Shown piece after piece: positions 17,462-26,525 of a DNA stretch of 64,000 nucleotides (positions are counted from its first letter, which is position 1; each line of letters begins with the position of its first letter). The DNA comes from PVC group bacterium. Its GTDB lineage: Bacteria; Verrucomicrobiota; Kiritimatiellia; CAIKKV01; CAITUY01. A program made the position numbers and the translations under genes. The notes under the pieces were generated by a model that was given only the letters and a program-made list of their open reading frames with translations, was not told the origin of the DNA and did no database searches. The DNA lies in assembly GCA_945870225.1 (NCBI GenBank), contig CAMBRF010000010.1, forward strand, positions 20,880-84,879, in the 5' to 3' direction.

Positions 17462-20383
17462 TTACTTGGCCGGCTTCACCTCAGGCGGAGGAGCCTCGAC
17501 CCATTCAAAGGCGAGCGAAATGCCGCCCAATGACGATACAGAGATAACCGCAGGCTCTTTCGCGGCCATCTTGACCTCAACGGGAGGCATTTTGACATTG
17601 TTTATAATACTGACGGGAACTCCGTTCACGGCGAACTCTGAACAGGGATTTCCCGCAAGGATATGAACGCGAACAACCCCGGCCACGGCACCAGCCGGCG
17701 GCGCAACTGCTACCGTCATTTGTTTCAGCGCACCGGCGACTTCGGGCCCGGAGATCGCCTTCAATTCTTTACCGGCGATCTTCACCGTCGAGGTCTTCAT
17801 CAGTGAGGTCAGGTAGGCGCTGTCGAAGTTATCGAGACCGACCTCGCTGACCGCACGATATCCCGCCGTTGACAGAAGATCATCAAACCCAGCCGGAGGA
17901 TCCTTCAGAAGAACACACATGCGGGTCGGATAACGCCCGTACCCGATAGAGTACTTGCCTTCCCCGGCGGCCCCGGGTTTGACAACCTTACCGTTAACCC
18001 AAACCATCTTGGGGGCATTGGGCGCGCTCAGGACCAAGGCACCGCCTCCGGTCAAGACAACGGTCTGGGGTCGGGCAATCAACCGCAGCATGGCCACCGC
18101 GCTATTGACGTAGCCGTCCTCCACACACCCTTCATAGAGACTGCCGGCAAAGGAAACGGCGGGACGCTTCACGTCCGGATCGAGAATATAGTAGGTCTCG
18201 GGGTTGAGCCCGCTGGGCCCATCGGCGTTGTACATCACCCAACCGGCGATGTTGCCTTCAACCACAGGCAAAGGCGCGTTGGTCAGGTCGCGAAGGTACA
18301 TCGACTCAAGACCCTCTCCGCCGGTCCCCTTCTCCACGTTGGTCTCGGTGACGCCGTGAATACGGGCATAAACGAGGCGAGACCCTTTCTTAAGCACCTG
18401 CACAAAGCGGGACCCCCACGGCGTATTCTCATAGCGAAACTCATCACCCTTCCGGCCCTTGAAGTAAGACCGCACATTCCGGTCCCAGTCCTCGGGGAAA
18501 GCGGGGCGCAGTCCGTATTCCAGAAAGGTGAGCGAACGGGAACGGTTCAGCTTGTACTCGTTCACCCACTTCTCAAACGGAACATTGGCGGGAAAATACG
18601 AGGGATTCTGCAGATTCTGTCCGGGAATCTCTCCACGCCGCTCGCTTAAATCCATTCCCATGTGGAAGTTGCCGGAATCGGCGCCCATGTAATCCGTGAA
18701 ATGCGGAAAACCAAATATGGTCGCATTCGGATAATGGAGCGAGTTGGAGATCGGCGAGGCGTTCTTGACACGCTGCATACGCATCGACCTGGCGGAACTC
18801 CAGTGCAATCCCGAGCCGATTCCCAGCGAGGCGCCGACGGAGTTGACCTCCGTCAGGTGTTCGGTCCCATGGATGGCATTCGTATTCAGCATGGCTGCCT
18901 TGTAGAAATAGTCGGCCATACCCATCGTCGACGTCATCTTGTTCACAGACAAACCGCGATTGTCGATGGGACAGATATACGACTGGTCATGGTAAACGCC
19001 GTCCGTCCCGTAGACGTTGATATAGTCAGACACGCAGCCCAGGAACCATTTCTGCCACTCCGGGTGCCCGAGGTGATGCTGGTCCATATAGGTCCTGATT
19101 TTGGAGGTGTCTGACTGGAAGGCACCACGGGTATCGGCATCAAGATGCATGTCGTAGATGCGCCGGAACGCCGGATCGGCTGGTGGGCTGCCCCACATGA
19201 TCATCGGCTGGAGGTAGGCCATGAGCTTCGCGCCTGAGGCTTTCCACGCCTTCATATCCTCCTTCAATCCGTCGTGCGGCGTATTGTCCCAATGCTGCGT
19301 ATCAAACGTCGCCTTGCGGATGGTCGGCGAGAAGGTCACGGTGTGAGGCAGGTTGTTGCTGCCAACGTAGTTGGACAGAAGCTGCATCCACCGCGACTTC
19401 CCATTGACGCCGAGGCTGACCATGTTCACTTCGCGGGTCCACTGCGGGCGGGGGGCGATCTTGACGTTCGCCTGGCGCCAGTTGCGGAACCGGGCCGCGG
19501 CCTGCGCCCAGCTCTTGTCAAAGGCCTGGAAGCGCCAGGTCTGGCCCTGCGCCTCTTTCAGCTCCTCGTAGGGCGGAATGCTCAATGAACCGAGCGAGAA
19601 CGAGATTCCTTCATCGTTAACCAGATAATACAGGTGCTTGTAGTACTTCAGCTCCGCATCCTGACACCAGATCCCGACGGCGCCAGTCCGGCGTCCGTTG
19701 AGGGCCAAAAAGGCGTAGTCCCAGAAATTCGCCCATTCGTTGATCCAGAGCTGAGGCTTGAGATCATGGGTCAGGCGCACGCCATCGAAAATCGGGGCTT
19801 CGATCGTGATACCGCGGTCGATCGCGTTGACCGTGAAGTTGGCGCCGTACACGCCGGGTTCGCTGGATTTTGCGAAAGGAGTCACCAGCAGGTCGCCGGT
19901 TTCTCCATCGACACTGACGGTGACGCTGTAGACGTCATTGTAGGTCTTTTTGCTGTCGGTCAGCCCTTTGTAGGTCAGGACACAGCCATTCGGATCCTTG
20001 GCCTCAAAGGTGAACTTGCTCTCGGCCGTGGCGTAATGCTGGTTGGGAAAGTAAAGTGAACTTGATTGCTCGCCCCACGGCATCATAAAAATTCGCCGCG
20101 CGGCATCGAGCGCTTCCTTTGTTCCCTTCGTCCCTAATCCACTTGGAAGATGCGGCAGGAACCCGGCCGGATCGGCCTGGTTGTCAAGGTACTCTTCCTT
20201 GGTGAATTTGTTGATGAAACTGACCATGAGGCCGTTGTCCAGGGTGGCAATATACCGGTCGGTTTCGACCCGAACCCCGCGCTCCGTCTTCTGAATCACC
20301 GGTGGCGCAGCCAGAAGCGCCCCGCTGACAAACGCTCCACAAAGAAACAGAAACATTGTTTTGAACCCACGCTGTGTCATCAT
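17462..20383 (-). CDS. Large secreted protein, probably a carbohydrate-active enzyme (family not recognisable by eye)
   Basis: About 973 aa from ATG at 20383 (track ORF extends to 20452). Signal peptide 'MMTQRGFKTMFLFLCGAFVSGALLAAP'. Aromatic-rich, Asp/Glu-bearing segments compatible with a TIM-barrel hydrolase plus beta-sandwich domains. Confidence 0.45.
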   Translation of the reverse strand: MMTQRGFKTMFLFLCGAFVSGALLAAPPVIQKTERGVRVETDRYIATLDNGLMVSFINKFTKEEYLDNQADPAGFLPHLPSGLGTKGTKEALDAARRIFMMPWGEQSSSLYFPNQHYATAESKFTFEAKDPNGCVLTYKGLTDSKKTYNDVYSVTVSVDGETGDLLVTPFAKSSEPGVYGANFTVNAIDRGITIEAPIFDGVRLTHDLKPQLWINEWANFWDYAFLALNGRRTGAVGIWCQDAELKYYKHLYYLVNDEGISFSLGSLSIPPYEELKEAQGQTWRFQAFDKSWAQAAARFRNWRQANVKIAPRPQWTREVNMVSLGVNGKSRWMQLLSNYVGSNNLPHTVTFSPTIRKATFDTQHWDNTPHDGLKEDMKAWKASGAKLMAYLQPMIMWGSPPADPAFRRIYDMHLDADTRGAFQSDTSKIRTYMDQHHLGHPEWQKWFLGCVSDYINVYGTDGVYHDQSYICPIDNRGLSVNKMTSTMGMADYFYKAAMLNTNAIHGTEHLTEVNSVGASLGIGSGLHWSSARSMRMQRVKNASPISNSLHYPNATIFGFPHFTDYMGADSGNFHMGMDLSERRGEIPGQNLQNPSYFPANVPFEKWVNEYKLNRSRSLTFLEYGLRPAFPEDWDRNVRSYFKGRKGDEFRYENTPWGSRFVQVLKKGSRLVYARIHGVTETNVEKGTGGEGLESMYLRDLTNAPLPVVEGNIAGWVMYNADGPSGLNPETYYILDPDVKRPAVSFAGSLYEGCVEDGYVNSAVAMLRLIARPQTVVLTGGGALVLSAPNAPKMVWVNGKVVKPGAAGEGKYSIGYGRYPTRMCVLLKDPPAGFDDLLSTAGYRAVSEVGLDNFDSAYLTSLMKTSTVKIAGKELKAISGPEVAGALKQMTVAVAPPAGAVAGVVRVHILAGNPCSEFAVNGVPVSIINNVKMPPVEVKMAAKEPAVISVSSLGGISLAFEWVEAPPPEVKPAK

Positions 20384-20558
20384 TTTCTTTTCTCCGCTAT
20401 TCCTAATACCACCAACAACCCGGCCATGGCACACCCGCCCACTAGCCAGCAAAAGACAACTTTGAAAACAGGCTGACCTCCAGCCCTCATCAAGGCGCAG
20501 GAATATCTCACAAAACTAAGAGCGAAGGCAAAAGGAAATAATCTCCTGTTGGACAGCC

Positions 20559-21071
20559 TTATGATCGGCGGCGGGTGATCCGGGAGGCGATGGCGCGATA
20601 CATCGCCTTCAGCGCACGAAGATCATGCTCGTTCTGCAGGACGAGCAGCCCGTGCTCAAAAACAAGTTCCGCCCGGTGCAGGTCCTGCATATCCACTACG
20701 GCCATGTCCATCATTTCAACATAGGCCCGAAGCTCGTCGGGGTGATCGCGGACGATCGCCTCATAGTCCGCCATGGCCTCCTCAAACATCCCCTTCTTCC
20801 GCTTGGCCTGCGGTATGCCGTACATCGGCGCCTTTCCGGAGGCACGCCTGTTCGAAAAATAGAGTGAGCCCCATGGCTCGGCAAGCCATCGCGCCAGAGG
20901 AACCGCAAAAGCGCACGAACCCAGAACGAAACAGACCATTCCGCCCAGAATGTGAGGCAGGGCGTCCCATGAACCCCCGGTGGGCATCAGCCTCCAACCC
21001 GCGAGAAAAAAGGCCGCCGCAATAAGACCCCCGATAACCAGCCGCTGTAGATTGGCGCGATCGTCGCCCAT
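20559..21071 (-). CDS. Hypothetical membrane-anchored protein (two N-terminal TM helices, short helical-repeat C-terminus)
   Basis: 170 aa. No recognisable catalytic motifs. Co-directional with and directly downstream of the PAP2-like ORFs. Confidence 0.4.
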   Translation of the reverse strand: MGDDRANLQRLVIGGLIAAAFFLAGWRLMPTGGSWDALPHILGGMVCFVLGSCAFAVPLARWLAEPWGSLYFSNRRASGKAPMYGIPQAKRKKGMFEEAMADYEAIVRDHPDELRAYVEMMDMAVVDMQDLHRAELVFEHGLLVLQNEHDLRALKAMYRAIASRITRRRS

Positions 21072-21097
21072 ATCCCTCTCCGAATTTCAATGCCGGG

Positions 21098-21842
21098 TCA
21101 GAGCCCGGCCGCCAGACAGATTTTCCCGGCGAGACCCGCCGCACAAAAGGCCGCCACAATGGCACCCAGAACATCCATGGTGTAATGCGCCCGGAGAACA
21201 ATCACCACCATTCCTTCAAGCGCCGCTACAAGGGCGACGGCAATCCCGAGACCGAACGGCAAATAATGGGCGGCCTCGATCGCCCCCAGAACGGCAATGG
21301 CCGTGTGCCCCGAAATGAAAAAATCATTAGCCGTCCCGTAGGTCACCAGAAGGGAAGGGAACCAGGGGTCGAAACCAGATCATCCTGGGCGGGGCCGGCA
21401 GCGCGCATATCACCTGGCACAATTGCCGGAAGGCAAAGAGAAGCAGCAAGGCGAGAAAGGGGCGCAGAGTGGGCCCGAAAATACCTGCCCCGATCAAAAA
21501 CAACCCGAAGAGATCGATGCCGGCCGAACTGGCAACGAGAAGGCCGGAGGCGGCCCGCCGGTGAGTATTCAACCAGGTATTCCACGAGGCCGTGAGGTCA
21601 TGAAGAAGATCGCCGATCTGGCCATCTTTTAAGCCCCGGCTCGCAATGAGCGACTGAGTCCAAAACCAGGCCGCAAGACTCACGCCGATCAGGAGTCCTT
21701 TCAGCATCAACCCCGCCGCCCGGCCGGCTATCCAGGACCCCTCACCCGCCGCCGAATTGGACCAGGCAATCAAGGCCAGGATCCCGACCAGAAGTCCGAG
21801 CATCAGAACCGCCACCAGCCACTTCCATCCCTGCTGCTTCAT
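21098..21842 (-). pseudogene. PAP2_C-type (sphingomyelin-synthase-like) lipid phosphatase/phosphotransferase gene split into two overlapping ORFs (21327..21842 and 21098..21346)
   Basis: Upstream ORF encodes only TM helices and ends '...FRPLVPFPSGDLRDG*'. Downstream ORF (GTG start, +1 frame, 20-nt overlap) carries the catalytic 'FISGHTA' and 'RAHYTMDV' (HxxxD) motifs. Together they make about 250 aa, typical of an intact PAP2_C protein. This could be a frameshift, a sequencing error or a genuine split. Confidence 0.4.
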
Positions 21843-23071
21843 CTTTCAAGAACCTCCCCCGGCTTCACTCCGATCCGGCGCCGGGAGGCCAACCCCACCA
21901 GCATGGCTTCCAACTCGGACCGGATCCGGGCCATGATGGGATCGGTCTCCACGCCCCGCTCACGGATCGGCGAAACCTCAATCGCCTCGCCCACCTCAAT
22001 CACAGCGCGCAGGGGGTGATGCAAGGGGGCCTGATCCGTCAGGTCCTCCTCGAACCGCTCCACCGTCTCCAACAGTCGCTCCGGGGTGGGTTGCGGAGAG
22101 AAGTAGCCCGGTGGGTAGAAAAACAATTGCTGGGCCAGATAGATGTCGGCGAGTTGACGCCAGCGCCGGGCGCGCTCCGCCTCATCAACACTCCCCGCCA
22201 CCAGCTCAGGCAACATCGCGGCCCTGAGGTTCTTGACCCGTGTCACAACATTGTCATTCCTCTTACCCTTGAGCCATTCGATCTCCAGAGGATCCAGCAA
22301 ATGATCAATCAACGCCGTCAACCGTGCCCTCAGGTCTCCTGTTTTCGGCCCTCCGAAGTATTCCATCTCCTTCAACATCAGCAGGGCTTCACCGACCTTG
22401 ACGATCCGTTCCGTCAAACTGAGCGATGACTGCGGCCGCCAGGACAGGCGATGCTCGATTTTTTCCAGGGCGCAAATCAGGGCCTCCTCCAGATTACCCT
22501 CGAAAAAGTACCGGATCGCCGTGGGATGGATGACGACCTTCCCGGTTCCTCCGTCCGCGGCCCGCTGCTTGGCGGCATTACGAGCAATGAACACCGTCCC
22601 ATCCATCAGATGGTTAACGTGGTCGTTGGTTCGCGAAATAACACCTTCCGGAAACAGAACCAGGGGACGTTTCGCCTCCACGAGGATCTGCACGGCGCAT
22701 TTGAGAGCCTCGCGATCCATGCCCTCTCGATACACACTGAAAGCGCCCGCGCGCCGCAGCAACCAGGTCTGGACGGCGGACTGCTTGAAAAGATGCCAGC
22801 TCGCCATGGTATGAAAAGGCGCCCCGACGGCATAGCCGAGATGGGCTAGAACCATCGGATCCGGCGGGCGGCAATGGTTCGGCGTGATCATCACGCCATG
22901 CCCGGCCTTGATGGATTTCTGCAACCGCTCCACGCCAATCAATTCAACCTCCTCGACGCCATGTGTGCGGCGCAGGTAGACCGGCAGGAGGGGTTTCAGC
23001 AACATGGGCCAGAACAGCCCTCGACAGGGGGGAACGAACTCGTACGGCTGATCAATGATAATGTTCTGCAT
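21839..23071 (-). CDS. Lysophospholipid/glycerol-3-phosphate acyltransferase (PlsC/LPLAT family)
   Basis: About 410 aa from ATG at 23071 (track ORF extends to 23209 and would overlap the upstream gene). LPLAT motif I 'ITPNHCRPPD' (NHxxxxD). Motif III 'LFPEG'. Confidence 0.65.
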   Translation of the reverse strand: MQNIIIDQPYEFVPPCRGLFWPMLLKPLLPVYLRRTHGVEEVELIGVERLQKSIKAGHGVMITPNHCRPPDPMVLAHLGYAVGAPFHTMASWHLFKQSAVQTWLLRRAGAFSVYREGMDREALKCAVQILVEAKRPLVLFPEGVISRTNDHVNHLMDGTVFIARNAAKQRAADGGTGKVVIHPTAIRYFFEGNLEEALICALEKIEHRLSWRPQSSLSLTERIVKVGEALLMLKEMEYFGGPKTGDLRARLTALIDHLLDPLEIEWLKGKRNDNVVTRVKNLRAAMLPELVAGSVDEAERARRWRQLADIYLAQQLFFYPPGYFSPQPTPERLLETVERFEEDLTDQAPLHHPLRAVIEVGEAIEVSPIRERGVETDPIMARIRSELEAMLVGLASRRRIGVKPGEVLER

Positions 23072-23091
23072 ACCGCCTCTTCCAAAACCTT

Positions 23092-26000
23092 TTACCTTGT
23101 CAGGGTATACTGTTGGGCCAAGTCCTTCAGGGCTCGCAAATCCAGTTTCCCGCTGCCCAATATAGGCAGGGCCTCGATACGGAAACAGGACTCCCGGCCC
23201 GGTTTCCATAAGTTGGGAATATCGACCGCCTCCACTGTCTGGACAAGGCGAGCAGCATCCCCAGCCTCATCAGTATACAGCAGAACGAGCTTCTCACCTT
23301 TCCGATCATCAGGGACGGACACCACCGCCAGAACCTGGGTGGAGAGGCCCAGTTGCCGGTGCAACGCCTCCTCGATCGCCAGATGCGGCACCATCTCCCC
23401 GCCGATTTTGCTGAACCGGGAAAGGCGGTCGGTGATCGCCACAAACCCCTCCGCATCCATCCGGGCAACATCGCCGGTATTATACCATCCATCCTGCAGC
23501 ACCTCGGCGGTCAGCTCGGGCTTGCCAAGATACCCCAGCATGACGTTCGCCCCCTTTACCTTGAGTAAGCCGGCTTCGCCCACAGGCAGAGAACGCCCGG
23601 TATCGGGGTCCGTCACCTTAACCGCCACTCCCGGCAGGGGCAGCCCGACACAGCCTTCCTTCCAGCCGCGCTGGGCCACGCCTCCCGCCTCGACATGCGG
23701 CAGGCTCAGGGTGGCCACCGGCGACAACTCGGTGGCCCCGTAACCTTCCAGAGGACGGAGACCAAACCGCTCCTCGAAGGCCACAGCGAGACGCTCCTTG
23801 AGTTTTTCCGCCCCCACCACGACATACTTGAGCGAGGCGAAATCCTCTTTCGTCGCCTTGCGCAAATACAGCATGAGAAATGTCGGCGTGGCAAACAACA
23901 TCGTGGAACGGTTGTCTCGCACGAGCTTGGCGATCACGCCGCCATCCAGCGGGTTCGCGTGGTAGGTCGCCGAGAACCCGCTCAACAAGGGAAACCAGAT
24001 GGTCGCCGTATAGCCCAGCGAATGAAAGAAGGGCAACGCCGCACAGACATTGTCCGTGGGCGAAGATCGAAAGACCTGACGCAGGGACTCGATGTTCGAG
24101 ATAATGTTATGGTGGCTCAGCATAACCCCCTTGGGCTCTCCCGTGGAGCCCGAGGAAAAAATGATGGTTGCTGGACGGTCCGCCACAAACCCCGGAACCC
24201 GACCCAGTCGCCGCGCCGGAAGAAATATCGCCTTCAGAAAAGCCTTTCGCTTAGCCCCCGCCGTCAGGGCGGCCAGCAACTCCTCGATATAGATCGTCCC
24301 GACCGGTAACGCCACCGGGCCGATTTTTTCCAGAAACAGTTTTGAGGTGATGACCGTTTTTAGATCGCACTGCTGCACCGCAGACCGGAATGAGTCTGCG
24401 GAGGCGGTGAAGTTCAGGTTCACGGTTGTCTTGCCCAATAATGTAACCGCTATATTGGAAAGGGCCCCGCCCACGGAGGCCGGCAGCAGGATCCCCACCC
24501 GCTCCTGACCTGCCGTAAGGGTGCGGAGTTTATCGGCCAATGCCAGTGACCCGCAAAGCAGTTTGCCGTAGGTCAGCCGCTTCCCGGCGGCATCGGTCAT
24601 GGCAAGTTGGTCCCAATTGGCATGGGCGGATTTTGCAAACATCTCGCCGAGGGGGCGTCGCGCCGGTTTACGGTCCTGATAATACTCGCAGGAAAGTTCC
24701 ATGACGGCCTGACGAACCTCATGGACCGGCGTGGTCGGAGGCAAAGCCTGACCGAACAGAATGGTGACAGGGTATCGCAGCAAGGCGGACCGGCGCCGAA
24801 CAAGCTGGCCCTGGTAATAGCTGGTGATCGCCCCCCAGGCACCTCCGATGTAGACGGGAATGATGGGATAATCCGTCTCCTTCACCAAATAGGCAAACCC
24901 GCGCCGAAACTCGCGGAGATTGCCCGTGCGGGTCAGGGTCCCCTCGGCAAACACGCAGACCATGTACCCCTTGGCCAGAGCGGCGCGCACGGCATCCAGT
25001 GATTGCGCCAATTGTTTAGGCGAGGCCTTGGCATCCACCGGCAGACAACCCATAAGGTTGAACGCCCAGGCCAACCTGGGCCAGCGTGTGTAGAGGGAGG
25101 ATTCCACAATGAACCTCAGCCGCCGTTGCTGGGTCGCCACCAGAAGGAGGGCATCGAGATGGGAAACATGGTTGCAGACCAGAACCGCAGCCCCATCGAT
25201 CGGCACGTTGGCACTACCCAGGATTCGAATCCGATACGCCAGCCGTGTCACCACCAGCAGCACGAACCGCAACAGAAAATCAGGCAACACCCTCAGCGTG
25301 ACCACCAGGAGAACCAGGGTCAGCCCGGCCATCAACAGGAATCCCGTTGCCGCCGACCAGCCGAGTTTGACGGTGAGCAGTACCAGTGCCGAGGCCACGA
25401 GCGCACCAACCCAACTGAGAAAACTGGCGGCGGCAAGAATTTCGCCCCGCTGTTGCTGCGGGGCCTGCGACTGGATGAAGGAATCCACCGGCACAATGAA
25501 CAACCCGGCCCCCATTCCCGCCACCAGCACGGCGGGCCCGGCGTACACCACCGATGGCGGCAGCCACTTCAGAGCCAAGGCACCCAAGGCCAGAATGGTC
25601 GCCCCGAGGGGGACAATCCCGAACTCGATATTACGTCCGGACAATTTACCCGACAGGAACGCACCGGCCGCGATCCCTATCGAGGCTAGAAAGAAAAGGT
25701 AGCCGCTTTGCGCTTCGGTCAACCCCATCCGCTGCATGCCAAAAGGGATCAGGTTCAACTGCATGTAGGCGCCCAGCATGGTGAAATAGGCTGAAGCTAG
25801 AACGGCCTGAATCAGATAGCGATCCCTGCGGATGGACCACAGGGTGCGCCAGATATCCCGCAGGAACAGAGGCGTAATCTTCTGTTCCGATCCAGCGGGC
25901 GGAGTACGCCCGATCATGGTAGCGGCAACCAATCCCACCACCGCCGTGGCGACGCAAAGGCTTTGAGCCAGGGTGTAATTCGATTTCGTAACCCCGATCA

Positions 26001-26490
26001 GGAACGGGGCCACGGCAGAACCGAGCACCACGGCCAGGAAGGTGGCCATGACCAGCAGGCTGTTGGCCTTGGATAACTGGTCGCGACCGACCAGCTCCGG
26101 TACAATGCCGTACTTGGAAGGACTGAACAGGGCGCTGTGGGTTCCAATCAGGAAAAGGACGGCATAGAGGCCCCATTCACACCGGAAGAAGAAGGCGGCC
26201 ACCGCCCCCGCCATGGCCGCGACTTCCAGCACCTTGCAAAACACCAGGATATTGCGCTTGCTGAAACGGTCGGCCAGAACACCAGCCGCCGCGGAGAAAA
26301 GCAGAAACGGCGCAATAAACACCATCGCGGCCATCGCGGAAATGGTCGCCGCCGAGTCCGCCCCGCGCAAGTGAATCATAAAGAGGATCGCCAGCACCTT
26401 GAACACGTTGTCGTTCAGCGCCCCGCAAAATTGCGAAATATTGAGCGAGACAAATCCGCGGGATAGCGGCACAACGGGCGTTTCATTCAT
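23092..26490 (-). CDS. Tripartite fusion: MFS lysophospholipid transporter (LplT-like) + PlsC acyltransferase + acyl-ACP synthetase (Aas-like)
   Basis: 1132 aa. N-terminal 12-TM MFS domain ('SRGFVSLNISQFCGALNDNVFKV', 'GVLADRF'). Central 'VLVCNHVSHLDAL' (HxxxxD) and 'FAEGTLTRTG' acyltransferase motifs. C-terminal AMP-binding 'IIFSSGSTGEPKGVMLSHHN', 'GYGATE', 'GDVARMDAEGF'. Confidence 0.8.
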   Translation of the reverse strand: MNETPVVPLSRGFVSLNISQFCGALNDNVFKVLAILFMIHLRGADSAATISAMAAMVFIAPFLLFSAAAGVLADRFSKRNILVFCKVLEVAAMAGAVAAFFFRCEWGLYAVLFLIGTHSALFSPSKYGIVPELVGRDQLSKANSLLVMATFLAVVLGSAVAPFLIGVTKSNYTLAQSLCVATAVVGLVAATMIGRTPPAGSEQKITPLFLRDIWRTLWSIRRDRYLIQAVLASAYFTMLGAYMQLNLIPFGMQRMGLTEAQSGYLFFLASIGIAAGAFLSGKLSGRNIEFGIVPLGATILALGALALKWLPPSVVYAGPAVLVAGMGAGLFIVPVDSFIQSQAPQQQRGEILAAASFLSWVGALVASALVLLTVKLGWSAATGFLLMAGLTLVLLVVTLRVLPDFLLRFVLLVVTRLAYRIRILGSANVPIDGAAVLVCNHVSHLDALLLVATQQRRLRFIVESSLYTRWPRLAWAFNLMGCLPVDAKASPKQLAQSLDAVRAALAKGYMVCVFAEGTLTRTGNLREFRRGFAYLVKETDYPIIPVYIGGAWGAITSYYQGQLVRRRSALLRYPVTILFGQALPPTTPVHEVRQAVMELSCEYYQDRKPARRPLGEMFAKSAHANWDQLAMTDAAGKRLTYGKLLCGSLALADKLRTLTAGQERVGILLPASVGGALSNIAVTLLGKTTVNLNFTASADSFRSAVQQCDLKTVITSKLFLEKIGPVALPVGTIYIEELLAALTAGAKRKAFLKAIFLPARRLGRVPGFVADRPATIIFSSGSTGEPKGVMLSHHNIISNIESLRQVFRSSPTDNVCAALPFFHSLGYTATIWFPLLSGFSATYHANPLDGGVIAKLVRDNRSTMLFATPTFLMLYLRKATKEDFASLKYVVVGAEKLKERLAVAFEERFGLRPLEGYGATELSPVATLSLPHVEAGGVAQRGWKEGCVGLPLPGVAVKVTDPDTGRSLPVGEAGLLKVKGANVMLGYLGKPELTAEVLQDGWYNTGDVARMDAEGFVAITDRLSRFSKIGGEMVPHLAIEEALHRQLGLSTQVLAVVSVPDDRKGEKLVLLYTDEAGDAARLVQTVEAVDIPNLWKPGRESCFRIEALPILGSGKLDLRALKDLAQQYTLTR

Positions 26491-26525
26491 AGTCGTCGAT
26501 TTCTCCGGTCTGGGACACCCCGCTC

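Noticed and set aside
18283-20059. Plus-strand ORFs (for example 18662..19114, 19634..20059) inside the 970-aa secreted protein gene
   Set aside because: They are fully contained antisense to a long minus-strand ORF that has a signal peptide and consistent codon bias. No independent support.
23092-23209. Longer 5' extension of the PlsC acyltransferase ORF (to 23209), overlapping the upstream fusion gene by 118 nt
   Set aside because: An in-frame ATG at 23071 gives a 21-nt gap after the upstream stop and keeps the whole acyltransferase domain. I consider the extension unlikely to be translated.
23695-26466. Several plus-strand ORFs of 60-230 aa antisense to the MFS-acyltransferase-ligase fusion gene
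   Set aside because: The minus-strand ORF is continuous for 1132 aa with three recognisable domains. The antisense ORFs are His/Arg/Gln/Pro-rich artefacts.
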